Source of the DNA: an uncultured Acidobacteriota bacterium
GTDB taxonomy: Bacteria > Acidobacteriota > Vicinamibacteria > Fen-336
Assembly: GCA_963720545.1 (NCBI GenBank)
Contig: OY970399.1
Coordinates: forward strand, 3,392,001 to 3,456,000
Reading direction: 5' to 3'
DNA length: 64,000 nucleotides
The notes beneath the pieces are model-generated. The model did not search any database. It was given only the letters and a program-made list of their open reading frames with translations, and was not told the origin of the DNA. The translations under genes and the position numbers were made by a program. Shown piece by piece: positions 49,977 through 59,510 of the stretch. Position 1 is the stretch's first letter, and every line of letters starts with the position of its first letter.

Positions 49977-50207
49977 GTGAAGGAACTGCTCGAAGTGCTG
50001 GCCCGCCAGCTGGTCGAACGCCCCGACTCCGTCTCGGTCGCGGAAGTCGACGAGGGCGATGCCACGGTGCTCGAGCTCGATGTCGCCCCGGAGGACCGCG
50101 GCCTGGTCATCGGCCGCCGCGGCCGCACCGTGGACGCGCTGCGCGTGCTGGTCGACGCGGTGGCGCGCCGCAAGGGGCTCAGCTACGACGTTCGCGTGGT
50201 GGAGTGA
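49977..50207 (+). CDS. khpA: KH-domain RNA-binding protein
   Basis: DRGLVIGRRGRT; lies between rpsP and rimM. Confidence 0.9.
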   Translation: MKELLEVLARQLVERPDSVSVAEVDEGDATVLELDVAPEDRGLVIGRRGRTVDALRVLVDAVARRKGLSYDVRVVE

Positions 50208-50737
50208 AGGACGTCGTGTACGCCGACCTCGTCACCATCGCGCACGTGCTGCGGCCGCAAGGGCGCAAGGGCGAGCTGCTGGCGGTGCCCCTCAGCGACC
50301 GGCCCGACCGCTTCGACACGCTCACCCGCGTGTTCGTCCCGGGCCCGGCCGGCAAGGCGCGCGAGATCGCCGTCACCTCCACCTGGCCGCACAAGGGGCA
50401 GGTGGTGGTGAAGCTCGAGGGCGTCGACTCGATCGAGGCCGCCGAGGGATTTCGCGGCGTCGACCTGCGGCTGCCCGAAGCGGAGCTCGGCGCGCTGCCG
50501 GAGGGCAGCTATTACCTGCACCAGCTCGAAGGACTGCTGGTGGTGGACGAGGCCGGCAGCGAGCACGGGCGCATCGCCCGCATCATCGAAACCGGCGGCA
50601 CCGACGTGGCCTCGGTGGCAACGCCGCAGGGCGAGGTGCTGGTGCCGCTTGCCGCCCAGTTCCTGCTGAGCGTCGACCTCGAGGCGGGCCGCGCGGTGAT
50701 GCGCTTTCCCCGGATGGCGGACGATGCTGCGCGTTGA
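50204..50737 (+). CDS. rimM: Ribosome maturation factor RimM
   Basis: PQGRKGEL, LPEGSYYLHQLEG, conserved synteny. Confidence 0.93.
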   Translation: MKDVVYADLVTIAHVLRPQGRKGELLAVPLSDRPDRFDTLTRVFVPGPAGKAREIAVTSTWPHKGQVVVKLEGVDSIEAAEGFRGVDLRLPEAELGALPEGSYYLHQLEGLLVVDEAGSEHGRIARIIETGGTDVASVATPQGEVLVPLAAQFLLSVDLEAGRAVMRFPRMADDAAR

Positions 50738-51500
50738 CGTCCTCACCATCTTCCCGCGGCTGATCGAGGCGCCGCTCGGCGAGGGCATCGTGCACCGCGC
50801 CATCGAACGCGGCCTGGCGTCGGTCACCGCACACGACCTGAGGCAGTTCGCAAGCGACCGCCACCGCACCGTGGACGACGCGCCGTTTGGCGGCGGCCCC
50901 GGCATGGTGATGAAGGCGGAGCCCTTCTATGCGGCGATGAAGTCGCTCGGCACGCTTCTGCCCGCCACGCCCGTCGTCATGCTTTCGCCGCGCGGACGGC
51001 GCTTCGACCAGCGCACCGCGGAACGCTGGAGCCTCGCGCCGCAGCTCGTGTTCCTGTGCGGGCGCTACGAAGGCATCGACGAGCGCGTCGCCGCGGGCCT
51101 GTGCAGCGAAGAAGCGAGCCTCGGCGACTTCGTGCTGACCGGCGGGGAGGTGGCGGCGCTGGCGATGATCGAGGCGGTGGTGCGCCTGCTGCCGGGGGCA
51201 CTCGGCGATTCCGAATCGGCGGTTGCCGACAGCTTCGCCGACGGCTTGCTCGACCACCCGCACTACACGCGTCCCGCCGACTTCGAGGGCCGCACGGTGC
51301 CGGACGCGCTGATGTCGGGCAACCACGAAACGGTGCGCCGCTGGCGCCGCAAGGAGGCGCTGCGCGCCACCATCGAGCGCCGCCCCGACCTGCTGCAGGG
51401 CACGGCACTGTCGGATGCCGACCGCAAGCTGGCCGAGGAAATCGCAGAAGAAGCTTCGAAGAACGGATCGGCCGGGGTAGAAAAGGCCCTGGCCCACTAA
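50724..51500 (+). CDS. trmD: tRNA (guanine-N1)-methyltransferase
   Basis: [41 protein letters not shown]. Confidence 0.97.
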   Translation: MLRVDVLTIFPRLIEAPLGEGIVHRAIERGLASVTAHDLRQFASDRHRTVDDAPFGGGPGMVMKAEPFYAAMKSLGTLLPATPVVMLSPRGRRFDQRTAERWSLAPQLVFLCGRYEGIDERVAAGLCSEEASLGDFVLTGGEVAALAMIEAVVRLLPGALGDSESAVADSFADGLLDHPHYTRPADFEGRTVPDALMSGNHETVRRWRRKEALRATIERRPDLLQGTALSDADRKLAEEIAEEASKNGSAGVEKALAH

Positions 51501-51520
51501 GCAGCGAGAGAAAGAGAGCC

Positions 51521-51910
51521 ATGAACGCCATCGCAAAGATCGAGGGGAACCACCTGAAGGCCGGCCTGCCGCAGATCGAGGCAGGCGACACCGTCAGGGT
51601 GCACGTCAAGGTCAAGGAAACGTCGGTGTCCGAGGAAAAGGGCAAGAAGGCCAAGGAGACCGAGCGCGAACGCGTGCAGGTGTTCGAGGGCATCGTCATC
51701 GGCATCCGCGGCGACGGCACCCGCGCCACCGTCACGGTGCGCAAGGTCTCGTTCGGCACCGGCGTCGAGCGCATCTTTCCGTTGCACTCGAAGAGCGTCG
51801 ACCGCATCGAGGTGGTGAAGCGCCACCGCGTGCGCCGCGCCAAGCTCTACTACCTGCGCGAGCGCAAGGGCCGCGCCAGCCGCATGAAGGAAAAGCGCAA
51901 CGAGGCGTAG
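51521..51910 (+). CDS. rplS: 50S ribosomal protein L19
   Basis: [35 protein letters not shown]. Confidence 0.97.
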   Translation: MNAIAKIEGNHLKAGLPQIEAGDTVRVHVKVKETSVSEEKGKKAKETERERVQVFEGIVIGIRGDGTRATVTVRKVSFGTGVERIFPLHSKSVDRIEVVKRHRVRRAKLYYLRERKGRASRMKEKRNEA

Positions 51911-52555
51911 GTGCGACGGCGCCCTTCCGCCGGCGAACCGGAAGCCTTGTGCTGCGGCACGCGCTTCGAGGAGGAAGCGCGGGCCGAAGGCTACCTGGTG
52001 GTTGCCGGCGTCGACGAGGTCGGCCGCGGGGCGCTGTGCGGGCCCGTGGTCGCGGGCGCAGTGATTCTCGGCGACGGCTTCGACACCGAGGGGCTCGACG
52101 ATTCCAAGAAGCTGAGCCGCGCGCAGCGCGAGTCGCTGGCGGCGCGGGTGCGCGAGCGCGCGGCCGCCTGGGCGGTGGGCAGCGCTTCGGTCGCGGAAAT
52201 CGACCGCTACAACATCCTGCAGGCCACTTTCCTGGCCATGCGGCGCGCTCTGGAGCAGCTCGCGGCGCCTCCGGAACTGATCCTGATCGACGCGCTGACC
52301 ATTCCGCGCATCACCGCGCGGCAGCGGCCGATCGTGCGCGGCGACGCCCAGTCGGTGTCGATCGCCGCGGCCTCGATAGTGGCGAAGGTCACGCGCGACG
52401 CCATGATGACGGAAATCGACGGAGAATATCCCGGCTATGGCCTGGCCAGGAACATGGGCTATGGCAGCCGGGACCATCGGGAGGCCCTGCGCAGGATGGG
52501 TCCGTCCGACGTGCACCGGCGCACGTTCCACGGCACGCAGCGTTGGCTATTCTGA
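51911..52555 (+). CDS. rnhB: Ribonuclease HII
   Basis: GVDEVGRG, DSKKL, IAAASIVAKVTRD, HRRTF. Confidence 0.96.
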   Translation: MRRRPSAGEPEALCCGTRFEEEARAEGYLVVAGVDEVGRGALCGPVVAGAVILGDGFDTEGLDDSKKLSRAQRESLAARVRERAAAWAVGSASVAEIDRYNILQATFLAMRRALEQLAAPPELILIDALTIPRITARQRPIVRGDAQSVSIAAASIVAKVTRDAMMTEIDGEYPGYGLARNMGYGSRDHREALRRMGPSDVHRRTFHGTQRWLF

Positions 52556-52583
52556 ATACGTTTCCTCGCGGAGCAAACCTGGA

Positions 52584-54935
52584 TTGGCAAACATCAACCC
52601 CGTCAAGCTGAGGCAGGACGCTGAGAAGGCCGAGCGCGCGGGCAAGTTCGAGCCGGCGATCGCCGCCTACACGCGCCTGGCCGAGGAAAACCGTTCCGAC
52701 TGGAGCATCACCAACAAGATTGGCGACCTGCACGCCCGCCTTGGCAACACCAAGGAAGCGGCCGTCTGCTGGAGCCGCGTGGCCGAGCACCTCGCCGCCG
52801 AGGGCTTTCACCTCAAGGCGATCGCGATCTGGAAGAAGATCAACAAGATCGATCCCGCGGCGCTCGAGCCGTACCAGCACCTCGCGGCCCTGTATGTGAA
52901 ACAGGGCTTGCTGGTGGACGCGCGCAACAACTACCTGCACGTCATCGAGGACCGCATCCAGAAGAAGCGGATGAAGGAGGCGGTCGAGGTCCTGCGCAAG
53001 CTGGTCGCGATCAACCCCGTGGACCTCGAGGTGCGCAACCGCCTGGTGAAGTTGCTGCGCAGCGAGGGCCGGCCCGAGGAAGCGGTGGACGAGGCGCTGG
53101 CGCTCGGCCAGGATCTGCGCAGCCGCGGCCGCGCCACCGAGGCGGCGGACGTGATCGAGCGCGCGCTCACCGACGAGCCGCAGAGCCCGCGCCTGCGCCT
53201 GCTGCTCGGCCAGATCCGGATGGACCTCGGCGAGAGCGCGGCCGCCGGCAAGATCTTCGACGCCGCCGCCGAGTCGTCCGCGGGCGACGCCGAGATCCTG
53301 AAGGGGCTCGCTGACGGCTACATGCGTCTCGAGCGCTTCGCCGAAGCGGAAGACGCGCTGCGCAAGCTGCAGCTGCTGCAGCCCGACGACCTCGACAACC
53401 ATGCGCAACTCGCCAGGGTGGTGGCAGCCGCGGGGCGCGCCGACGATGCCTGCGCCCTGGCGCTGCCAGTGGTCGAGCACCTCCTCGAGCAGCGCACCGG
53501 CGGCCTGGCTGCAGCCCTCCTCGAGAACCTGGCCGCACGCAGCAAGTCGCACATCGCAACGCTCGAGCGCCTGGTGGAGGTCTACCGCCAGACGCACCGC
53601 GCAGCCGAGCTGACCTCGGCGTGCGACCGGCTGGCGCACGCCTACGAGGCGGCCGGCGAAAAGGACAAGGCGATCGAAGTGCTGGACGCGCTGGTGGGCC
53701 GCGAGCCGGCGATCGAGGAGTTTCGCGAGCGCCTGACCGGCCTGCGGCGGGCGGCAGGCCACGGCAAGGCCTCTACGGGGCGCCTCACGCCCGCGACCGG
53801 CGCCATCACCCCGGAGGCGCGTCCCGCCATCCGTCAGAGCCGCGGCCTCAGCGACGCCGACAAGGAGTTCATCGAGGAGCACCTGGGCGAGGGCCGCGTG
53901 TTCCGCAAGTACGGCCTGCTCGAAAAGGCGATCGGCCAGCTGCAGGAGATCGTGACGCGTTTTCCCGACAACGTCGCGGCGCGCGTGGAGCTGCGCGACA
54001 TCTACTCGCAGCAGGGCGACCGCGACCGCGCCGCCGACCAGAGCCTGGCGCTCGCGGAGATCTCGCGCCTCAGCGGCGATTCCGCGGCGGCCGCGGCGCA
54101 CGAGGCCGAGGGCCGCGCCGTGGCGCTGCCAGGCGCCGTCGCCGTCGTCATCGACGACACGGCGCTCGGTGAGTCGCCGGTGCTGCAAGTCGAGCCGCCG
54201 GCAATCGCCGTCGACGCCGACCAGCCCTTCAGCTTCGGCGACACCGACTCCGCGCTTGCTTCGCTCCTGACCCCGGTGCCGCTGGCACTGCCCGGCAGCG
54301 TCGCCAACAGCCCGGTGAGCGCGCGTGAGCTCGACGACCTCGAGATCGAATACAGCGCCGCCCTGCTCGAGCCAGCCGTGGTTGCGACGCCGGCGCCGCC
54401 CGAAACCGAAACGCCGGCCGCCGCTGCGGCAGCGCCGCAGCTGACGGTCGAAGACGACATGAGCCAGGTCTTCGGCGGCCGCGCCGCGGCGCCGGAGATC
54501 GGCGACGCGGGGCTCGCCGACATGTTCCGTGAGTTCCGCAAGGGCGTCGACGAACAGCTGGGCAGCGAGGATCACGATACCCGCTACAACCTCGGCATCG
54601 CCTACAAGGAAATGGGGCTGCTCGACGAAGCCATCGGCGAGTTCACGCTCGCGGCCGAGGACCCGCAGCGCGCCCTCGAGTGCATGAGCATGATCGGCCT
54701 GTGCTTCATGGAAAAGGGCGCGCCCGCGGAAGCGGCGCGCTGGTTCGAGAACGGGCTGGCGCAGAAGGGCCGGACGCCCGAGGAGTATCGCGGCCTCGAA
54801 TACGACCTCGCGGTCGCGTACGAGGCGAGCGGCGAGAAGCAGAAGGCGTTCGAGCAGTTCTCGCGCCTCGCCGCCAAGGGCGCCTTCCGCGACGTCGCCG
54901 CGAGGCTGCGCAAGCTCAAGGCCGAAGTCTCGTAG
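52584..54935 (+). CDS. Large multi-TPR protein with acidic linker and FimV/SgmX-like C-terminal TPR domain
   Basis: N-terminal TPRs, EGRVFRKYGL, Pro/Ala/Glu linker, DHDTRYNLGIAYKEMGLLDEAIGEF; TTG start. Confidence 0.8.
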   Translation: MANINPVKLRQDAEKAERAGKFEPAIAAYTRLAEENRSDWSITNKIGDLHARLGNTKEAAVCWSRVAEHLAAEGFHLKAIAIWKKINKIDPAALEPYQHLAALYVKQGLLVDARNNYLHVIEDRIQKKRMKEAVEVLRKLVAINPVDLEVRNRLVKLLRSEGRPEEAVDEALALGQDLRSRGRATEAADVIERALTDEPQSPRLRLLLGQIRMDLGESAAAGKIFDAAAESSAGDAEILKGLADGYMRLERFAEAEDALRKLQLLQPDDLDNHAQLARVVAAAGRADDACALALPVVEHLLEQRTGGLAAALLENLAARSKSHIATLERLVEVYRQTHRAAELTSACDRLAHAYEAAGEKDKAIEVLDALVGREPAIEEFRERLTGLRRAAGHGKASTGRLTPATGAITPEARPAIRQSRGLSDADKEFIEEHLGEGRVFRKYGLLEKAIGQLQEIVTRFPDNVAARVELRDIYSQQGDRDRAADQSLALAEISRLSGDSAAAAAHEAEGRAVALPGAVAVVIDDTALGESPVLQVEPPAIAVDADQPFSFGDTDSALASLLTPVPLALPGSVANSPVSARELDDLEIEYSAALLEPAVVATPAPPETETPAAAAAAPQLTVEDDMSQVFGGRAAAPEIGDAGLADMFREFRKGVDEQLGSEDHDTRYNLGIAYKEMGLLDEAIGEFTLAAEDPQRALECMSMIGLCFMEKGAPAEAARWFENGLAQKGRTPEEYRGLEYDLAVAYEASGEKQKAFEQFSRLAAKGAFRDVAARLRKLKAEVS

Positions 54936-54941
54936 GCGCGT

Positions 54942-55172
54942 TTGGCGACGTTCATCTCCGTGCTCAGCTCGCTGCTCGTGGGCATCGTTCTGGTCATTGC
55001 TCCCTGGACCGACCTGTGGAGCACGAACGCGCTGGTCGCGTACGACTCGGCGCTGCGCAGCGTGCTGCTGTCGGCGTTCACGCGCGGTGCCGTCAGTGGG
55101 CTCGGCCTCGTCAACCTGGTGCTCGCCGCCAATGAGCTCCGCGGAAACCGGCAAGACCCCGGCCGCTCGTAA
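54942..55172 (+). CDS. Small two-TM hypothetical protein
   Basis: Two hydrophobic helices, PW...W..N and RGAVSGLG motifs; operonic spacing. Confidence 0.6.
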   Translation: MATFISVLSSLLVGIVLVIAPWTDLWSTNALVAYDSALRSVLLSAFTRGAVSGLGLVNLVLAANELRGNRQDPGRS

Positions 55173-55719
55173 CCTCGCCGAGCTCGCGGAGCGGGCCAGG
55201 GAGCTGGCGCGGCGCCCCGACGACCTGCAGAGATGGCTGCTCGCGCTGCGCTGGGGCGAGCTGGCGCCGCTCAGCGTCAGCCCGGTGGTGCCGGTTGCGG
55301 TGCGCACGCGCGCCGATGGCCAGCTGCGCGACCGCCTGCCCGGCATGCGCCTCGGCGACCGCATCACGCTCGCGAAGCTCGCTTCGCGGCGGCTGCTGCC
55401 GGTGATCCTCCGGGAGAAGGACGCGCGCGTGCTGAGCGCCGCCATGTCGAACCCGCGCCTTGGCGCCGGCGAACTCGTGGCCGCGATCGGCTCGGAGCAG
55501 GCGCCGGAGAAACTGTTCGACGTGATCGATTGCTCGCGCTGGCGCGAGGACTACCGGGTGCGCGCGGCGCTCGTCCGCCAGCCGCGCACCCCGATCGCGA
55601 CCTCCCTCTCGCACATGACCGCGCTCAACGACTCCGATCTGCGCAGCCTCGCCGAGTCGCCGCCGCGGCCGCTGCTGGGGTTGGTGGCGAGGCGCATCCT
55701 GGTGACCCGAGGTCATTGA
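55132..55719 (+). CDS. Hypothetical helical-repeat protein, paralogue of the 56671 C-terminal domain
   Basis: MRLGDRITLA, NPRL, W...Y.V...LV..PRTP motifs. Confidence 0.7.
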   Translation: MSSAETGKTPAARNLAELAERARELARRPDDLQRWLLALRWGELAPLSVSPVVPVAVRTRADGQLRDRLPGMRLGDRITLAKLASRRLLPVILREKDARVLSAAMSNPRLGAGELVAAIGSEQAPEKLFDVIDCSRWREDYRVRAALVRQPRTPIATSLSHMTALNDSDLRSLAESPPRPLLGLVARRILVTRGH

Positions 55720-55730
55720 GCCACAAAGAG

Positions 55731-55760
55731 TTGACAGGTTCGGACACAGTTCGGTAATCT
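55731..55760 (+). promoter_or_regulatory. Sigma70 promoter with GTTC-N7-GTTC direct repeat (putative LexA box) in the spacer
   Basis: TTGACA 55731-55736, 18-nt spacer, TAATCT 55755-55760; GTTC at 55738-55741 and 55749-55752. Confidence 0.6.
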
Positions 55761-55853
55761 TCCGCACGTTTTTATTGCATCAGCCGTTGCACAATCGCAC
55801 TCGCGCAATCATGGCCGTGCCGATTCAGGGACGATCGAGGAAGGACTAGAGCG

Positions 55854-56654
55854 TTGTCAGTCGAAGAAAGTCGCGATGCCCGGGCGTTTGGAGAGTGGCT
55901 GCGCCGGGAGCGCGAAGTCCGCGGCATCGAGCTGCGCGTGATCGCGGACGAGACCAAGATCTCGAAGCGCTTCCTCGACGCTCTCGAACAGGGGCGGCTG
56001 CACATCCTGCCGGGCGGCGTCTTCCCGCGTTCGTTCCTGCGCCAGTACAGCGAGTATCTCGGCCTCGACACCGCGCGGCTGCTCGAGCAATTCGGCGGCC
56101 TCTGCGCCGAGCCGGAAGCGCCGCTGGTGCGCGGCTTCTCGGCGGGGCGCTTCGTGCGCGAGCATCGCGCCAACCTCACCGTGGCGGTGATCGTGCTGCT
56201 GGTCGGCGCCATGACATTCCTGAAGGTGCGCGCGGAACGCGGCGCCGCCGATGCGTTCCCGGTGGTGAAGACCGCGCCGAGCGCGCGGCCCATCACGCGC
56301 ACCGCACCGCGCGAACGCGTCTACGCGGAGTCGCCCGCTTCGCCCGCCGCCACCAGCGGCCTGCGCCTGGCGCTCACCGCGCGCGCCACCAGCTGGGTCG
56401 CGGTGACGGTCGACGGCCAGAGCGTCGTCGATCGCATCTTCGCCGCCGGCGAGGCGCAGGCCTTCGAGGGGCGGGCCGAGATCCTGCTGTCGGTGGGCAA
56501 TGCCGGCGGGGTGTCGCTCACGCTCAACGAACAACCGGGAAAATCGCTCGGCCGGACCGGAGAAGTGCGGCGCAACATCCAGATCACGCAGCAAAGCGCC
56601 AGCGCCTTCGTCCAGGACCAGTCCGGGGCGCTGCGGCTCGCCCAGCGGGACTAG
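55854..56654 (+). CDS. RodZ-like protein (HTH-TM-DUF4115)
   Basis: GEWLRRERE..GI.L..IADETKI, ALEQG, FLRQYSEYLGLD, TM, GNAGGV. Confidence 0.88.
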   Translation: MSVEESRDARAFGEWLRREREVRGIELRVIADETKISKRFLDALEQGRLHILPGGVFPRSFLRQYSEYLGLDTARLLEQFGGLCAEPEAPLVRGFSAGRFVREHRANLTVAVIVLLVGAMTFLKVRAERGAADAFPVVKTAPSARPITRTAPRERVYAESPASPAATSGLRLALTARATSWVAVTVDGQSVVDRIFAAGEAQAFEGRAEILLSVGNAGGVSLTLNEQPGKSLGRTGEVRRNIQITQQSASAFVQDQSGALRLAQRD

Positions 56655-56670
56655 GCCGCTCGTCTCGCGC

Positions 56671-57753
56671 ATGAGCGAGGCCGTCCGCGCCACCAACCCA
56701 CTCGTCGAACAGTTCCTGAAGGGGCAGGTGCCCCGCGACCTGCGCCTGCTCGCGGCACAGGGGGCCCTGCCGCTCAAGGTCGCCGACCTGCTCGAACTGC
56801 TCGAGCACCTGAGCCACGATCCCGACGCCGCGATCTCCGGCCCCGCCGGGGAAACGATGCGCAAGATCCCGCTGGCCGAAGCGCTGCCGGTGTTGCGCGA
56901 CCGCGACACGCAGCCGGCGATCCTCTCCTGGGCGCTGGCGCTGCGCGCCGAACCGGAACTGCTCGCCGGCCTGCTGCAGAACATGGCGACGCCGGACGAC
57001 GCCATCCGCGCGGTGGCGGGGGGCCTCTCCGAGGCGCTCGTCGAACTGGTGGTCATCAACCAGGTGCGGCTGCTGCGCGCGACCACGCTGCTAGAAGCCA
57101 CCGAGTCGAACCCGAACCTCAGCAACGACCAGAAGCGCCGCCTGCGCGAGCTGCGCGAGAGCTTCCGCATCGGCCAGACGCCGACCCAGCCGCCTGCGGC
57201 GCCCGTGCAGGCGCCCGCGCCACCGCTGCAGCTGCCGCCCGAGCCGGAGCCGCCCCCGATCCTCGACGCGGACGAGGCCGTCGCCCATTACCTCACCGAT
57301 GAAGAGCGCGGCGAGACCGACAAGATCAGCACCGTCCAGCGGATTTACCGCATGACCGTGGCGGAAAAGGTGATCCTGGCCTTGAAAGGAACGCGCGAGG
57401 AGCGGAACATCCTCATTCGTGACCCCAATCGACTGGTGGCTTCGGCCGTCCTCGGCAGCCCGCGCCTCACCGACGCCGAGATCGAGGCGTTCGCCGCGAT
57501 GAAGAACGTCTCGGAGGACGTGCTGCGCCGCGTCGGCAGCAACCGCGAGTGGATGAAGCGCTATCCGGTGCTCGTGAACGTGGTCAAGAACCCGCGCACC
57601 CCGGCCGGCATCGGCCTCGGCCTGGTGGCGCGCCTCAACCCGCGCGACATGAAGTCGCTGTCCACCGACCGCAACGTCGCCGACGTCATCCGCAAGGGCG
57701 CGATGCGCTTCATCAAGCAGACCGACACTTCCGGCGGCGCCAAGAAACACTGA
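56671..57753 (+). CDS. Conserved hypothetical helical-repeat protein
   Basis: LLAAQGALPL, NQVRLLR, Pro-rich linker, MTVAEKVILALKG..EERNILIRDPN, KNPRTP. Confidence 0.8.
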   Translation: MSEAVRATNPLVEQFLKGQVPRDLRLLAAQGALPLKVADLLELLEHLSHDPDAAISGPAGETMRKIPLAEALPVLRDRDTQPAILSWALALRAEPELLAGLLQNMATPDDAIRAVAGGLSEALVELVVINQVRLLRATTLLEATESNPNLSNDQKRRLRELRESFRIGQTPTQPPAAPVQAPAPPLQLPPEPEPPPILDADEAVAHYLTDEERGETDKISTVQRIYRMTVAEKVILALKGTREERNILIRDPNRLVASAVLGSPRLTDAEIEAFAAMKNVSEDVLRRVGSNREWMKRYPVLVNVVKNPRTPAGIGLGLVARLNPRDMKSLSTDRNVADVIRKGAMRFIKQTDTSGGAKKH

Positions 57754-57754
57754 C

Positions 57755-58417
57755 TTGACCAACTACTACGCGATCCTCGGCGTCGAGCCGTCGGCCACAC
57801 ACGACGAGATCCGCTCGGCGTACGCGCGGATCGCGCGCGAGCAGCATCCCGACCGCTTCCCCGATCCCGAGGAAAAGGAGAAGGCCTCGATCGCCTTCAC
57901 CGAAGCGACCTCCGCCTTCAACACGCTCAGCAACGACCGCGCCCGCGCCCTCTACGACGAGGGCCTCGATCGCGCCGAGGAGGGCGGCGCGCCCGCCGAC
58001 CTCGCGCGCCTGGCCTACGGCGAGGGGCTCGTCAAGTTCGAGCACCGCGACTTCCACGAGGCGGTCGAGCACTTCCGCCTGGCGGTGGCGCAGGACCCGC
58101 AGCAATCGCGCTATCACGTCGCCCTGGCGCGCGCGCTCGCCAAGAACCCGCGCTGGATCCGCCGCTCGGTCGAGGCCTACGAAGTGGCGCTCAAGCTGCG
58201 CCCGGACGACACGCTCGCGACCGCCGAGCTCGCCGACCTGCTGGAGCGCCAGGGGCTGCACCTGCGCGCCGAGCGGCTGCGCGAGATCGTGCGCAAGCGC
58301 CTGCCGAGCAGCAACTCCCCCGGGACGCGGCGCCCCACGGGCGGCGCCAGCTCGGGCAGCACCGCGGCGCCCAAGGGGCTCGGCGGCCTGTTCGGAAGGT
58401 TCAAGGGGAAGAAGTGA
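57755..58417 (+). CDS. J-domain plus TPR protein
   Basis: NYYAILGV, HPD motif, R..YD, followed by TPR helices. Confidence 0.88.
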   Translation: MTNYYAILGVEPSATHDEIRSAYARIAREQHPDRFPDPEEKEKASIAFTEATSAFNTLSNDRARALYDEGLDRAEEGGAPADLARLAYGEGLVKFEHRDFHEAVEHFRLAVAQDPQQSRYHVALARALAKNPRWIRRSVEAYEVALKLRPDDTLATAELADLLERQGLHLRAERLREIVRKRLPSSNSPGTRRPTGGASSGSTAAPKGLGGLFGRFKGKK

Positions 58418-58421
58418 CAAC

Positions 58422-59186
58422 ATGAGGATCAGCTACCAGGCCATCAGCGACGTTGGCCGGAAACGCAAGGGCAACGAGGACCATTTCCTGGTGAACCCGG
58501 ACCAGCGGCTGTTCGTGGTCGCCGACGGCATGGGCGGCCATGCCGCGGGCGAAGTGGCCTCGCGCATCGCGGTGGACGCGATCGACGAGTTCGTCGCCAA
58601 CACCCGCGACGGCGAGCCGCTGGCCCTGACGTCCGGCGTCGAGGCGCGGGTCGCTTCCGAGCCCGACCGCATCCGCAAGGCCATCGTCTATTCGAACGGC
58701 ATGGTGTTCGACGCCACCCGCGAGCGCAGCGAGTACGAAGGCATGGCGACGACGGTCGCGGCGGTGCTGGTGGAAGGCGCCACCGCGCACCTCGCGCACG
58801 TCGGCGACAGCCGCGTCTACCTGCTGCGCGGCGCGAGCATGAAGCAGATGACCCGCGACCATTCCTGGGTCAACGAGCAGGTCGAGAGCGGCATCCTCAC
58901 CAACGAGCAGGCGCGCATCCATCCGCTGCGCAACGTGGTGACGCGCGCGCTGGGCGGCCACGCCGACCTGGCGGTCGACGTCAGCTCGCTCGAGGTGCGC
59001 GCCGGCGACATCCTGCTGCTGTGCTCGGATGGGCTCACCACCATGGTCACCGACGACGAGATCGCCTCGATCCTCCAGGTCGAGGCCGGCGATCTCGCCG
59101 AGACCGCGCGCCGCCTGGTCGATGCCGCCAACGAGTCGGGCGGCGAAGACAACGTCACCGTGGTGCTGGTGCAGTTCCAGTCGTGA
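58422..59186 (+). CDS. PP2C-type Ser/Thr phosphatase (Stp1/PrpC family)
   Basis: GRKRKGNED, VADGMGGH, HVGDSR, DHS, CSDGL, GGEDNVT. Confidence 0.95.
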   Translation: MRISYQAISDVGRKRKGNEDHFLVNPDQRLFVVADGMGGHAAGEVASRIAVDAIDEFVANTRDGEPLALTSGVEARVASEPDRIRKAIVYSNGMVFDATRERSEYEGMATTVAAVLVEGATAHLAHVGDSRVYLLRGASMKQMTRDHSWVNEQVESGILTNEQARIHPLRNVVTRALGGHADLAVDVSSLEVRAGDILLLCSDGLTTMVTDDEIASILQVEAGDLAETARRLVDAANESGGEDNVTVVLVQFQS

Positions 59187-59491
59187 GCGGCGCACCGGAA
59201 CCGCCAGGCCCGCGCCTCATCTGGACGAGGCCCGACGGCGCCGAGGCGACCTTCCCGATCGGCAGCGGCGGCGCCACCGTCGGCCGCGACCAGATGGCCG
59301 AGGTGTTCCTCGACGAGGTGCTGGTGTCGCGCGGCCATGCGCGCATCGAGCTGGCTGGTGCCGAGTGGGTGGTGAAAGACCTTGGCTCCACCAACGGCAC
59401 CCGTGTCAACGGCAAGCTCGTGAAGGAGCAGCGGCTCCGCGACGGCGACGAACTGCGCTTCGCGCGCGCGCGCTGCGTCTTCCGCAGCTAG
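59183..59491 (+). CDS. Stand-alone FHA domain protein
   Basis: VGR, VSRGHA, DLGSTNGT, LRDGD. Confidence 0.92.
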   Translation: MSGAPEPPGPRLIWTRPDGAEATFPIGSGGATVGRDQMAEVFLDEVLVSRGHARIELAGAEWVVKDLGSTNGTRVNGKLVKEQRLRDGDELRFARARCVFRS

Positions 59492-59510
59492 CGCCGGCGA
59501 ACGGCGCGCC

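Noticed and set aside
59491..59507. GCGCCG-GCGAA-CGGCGC hairpin between convergent genes as a terminator
   Set aside because: Only a 6-bp stem with no U-tract on either strand; insufficient support
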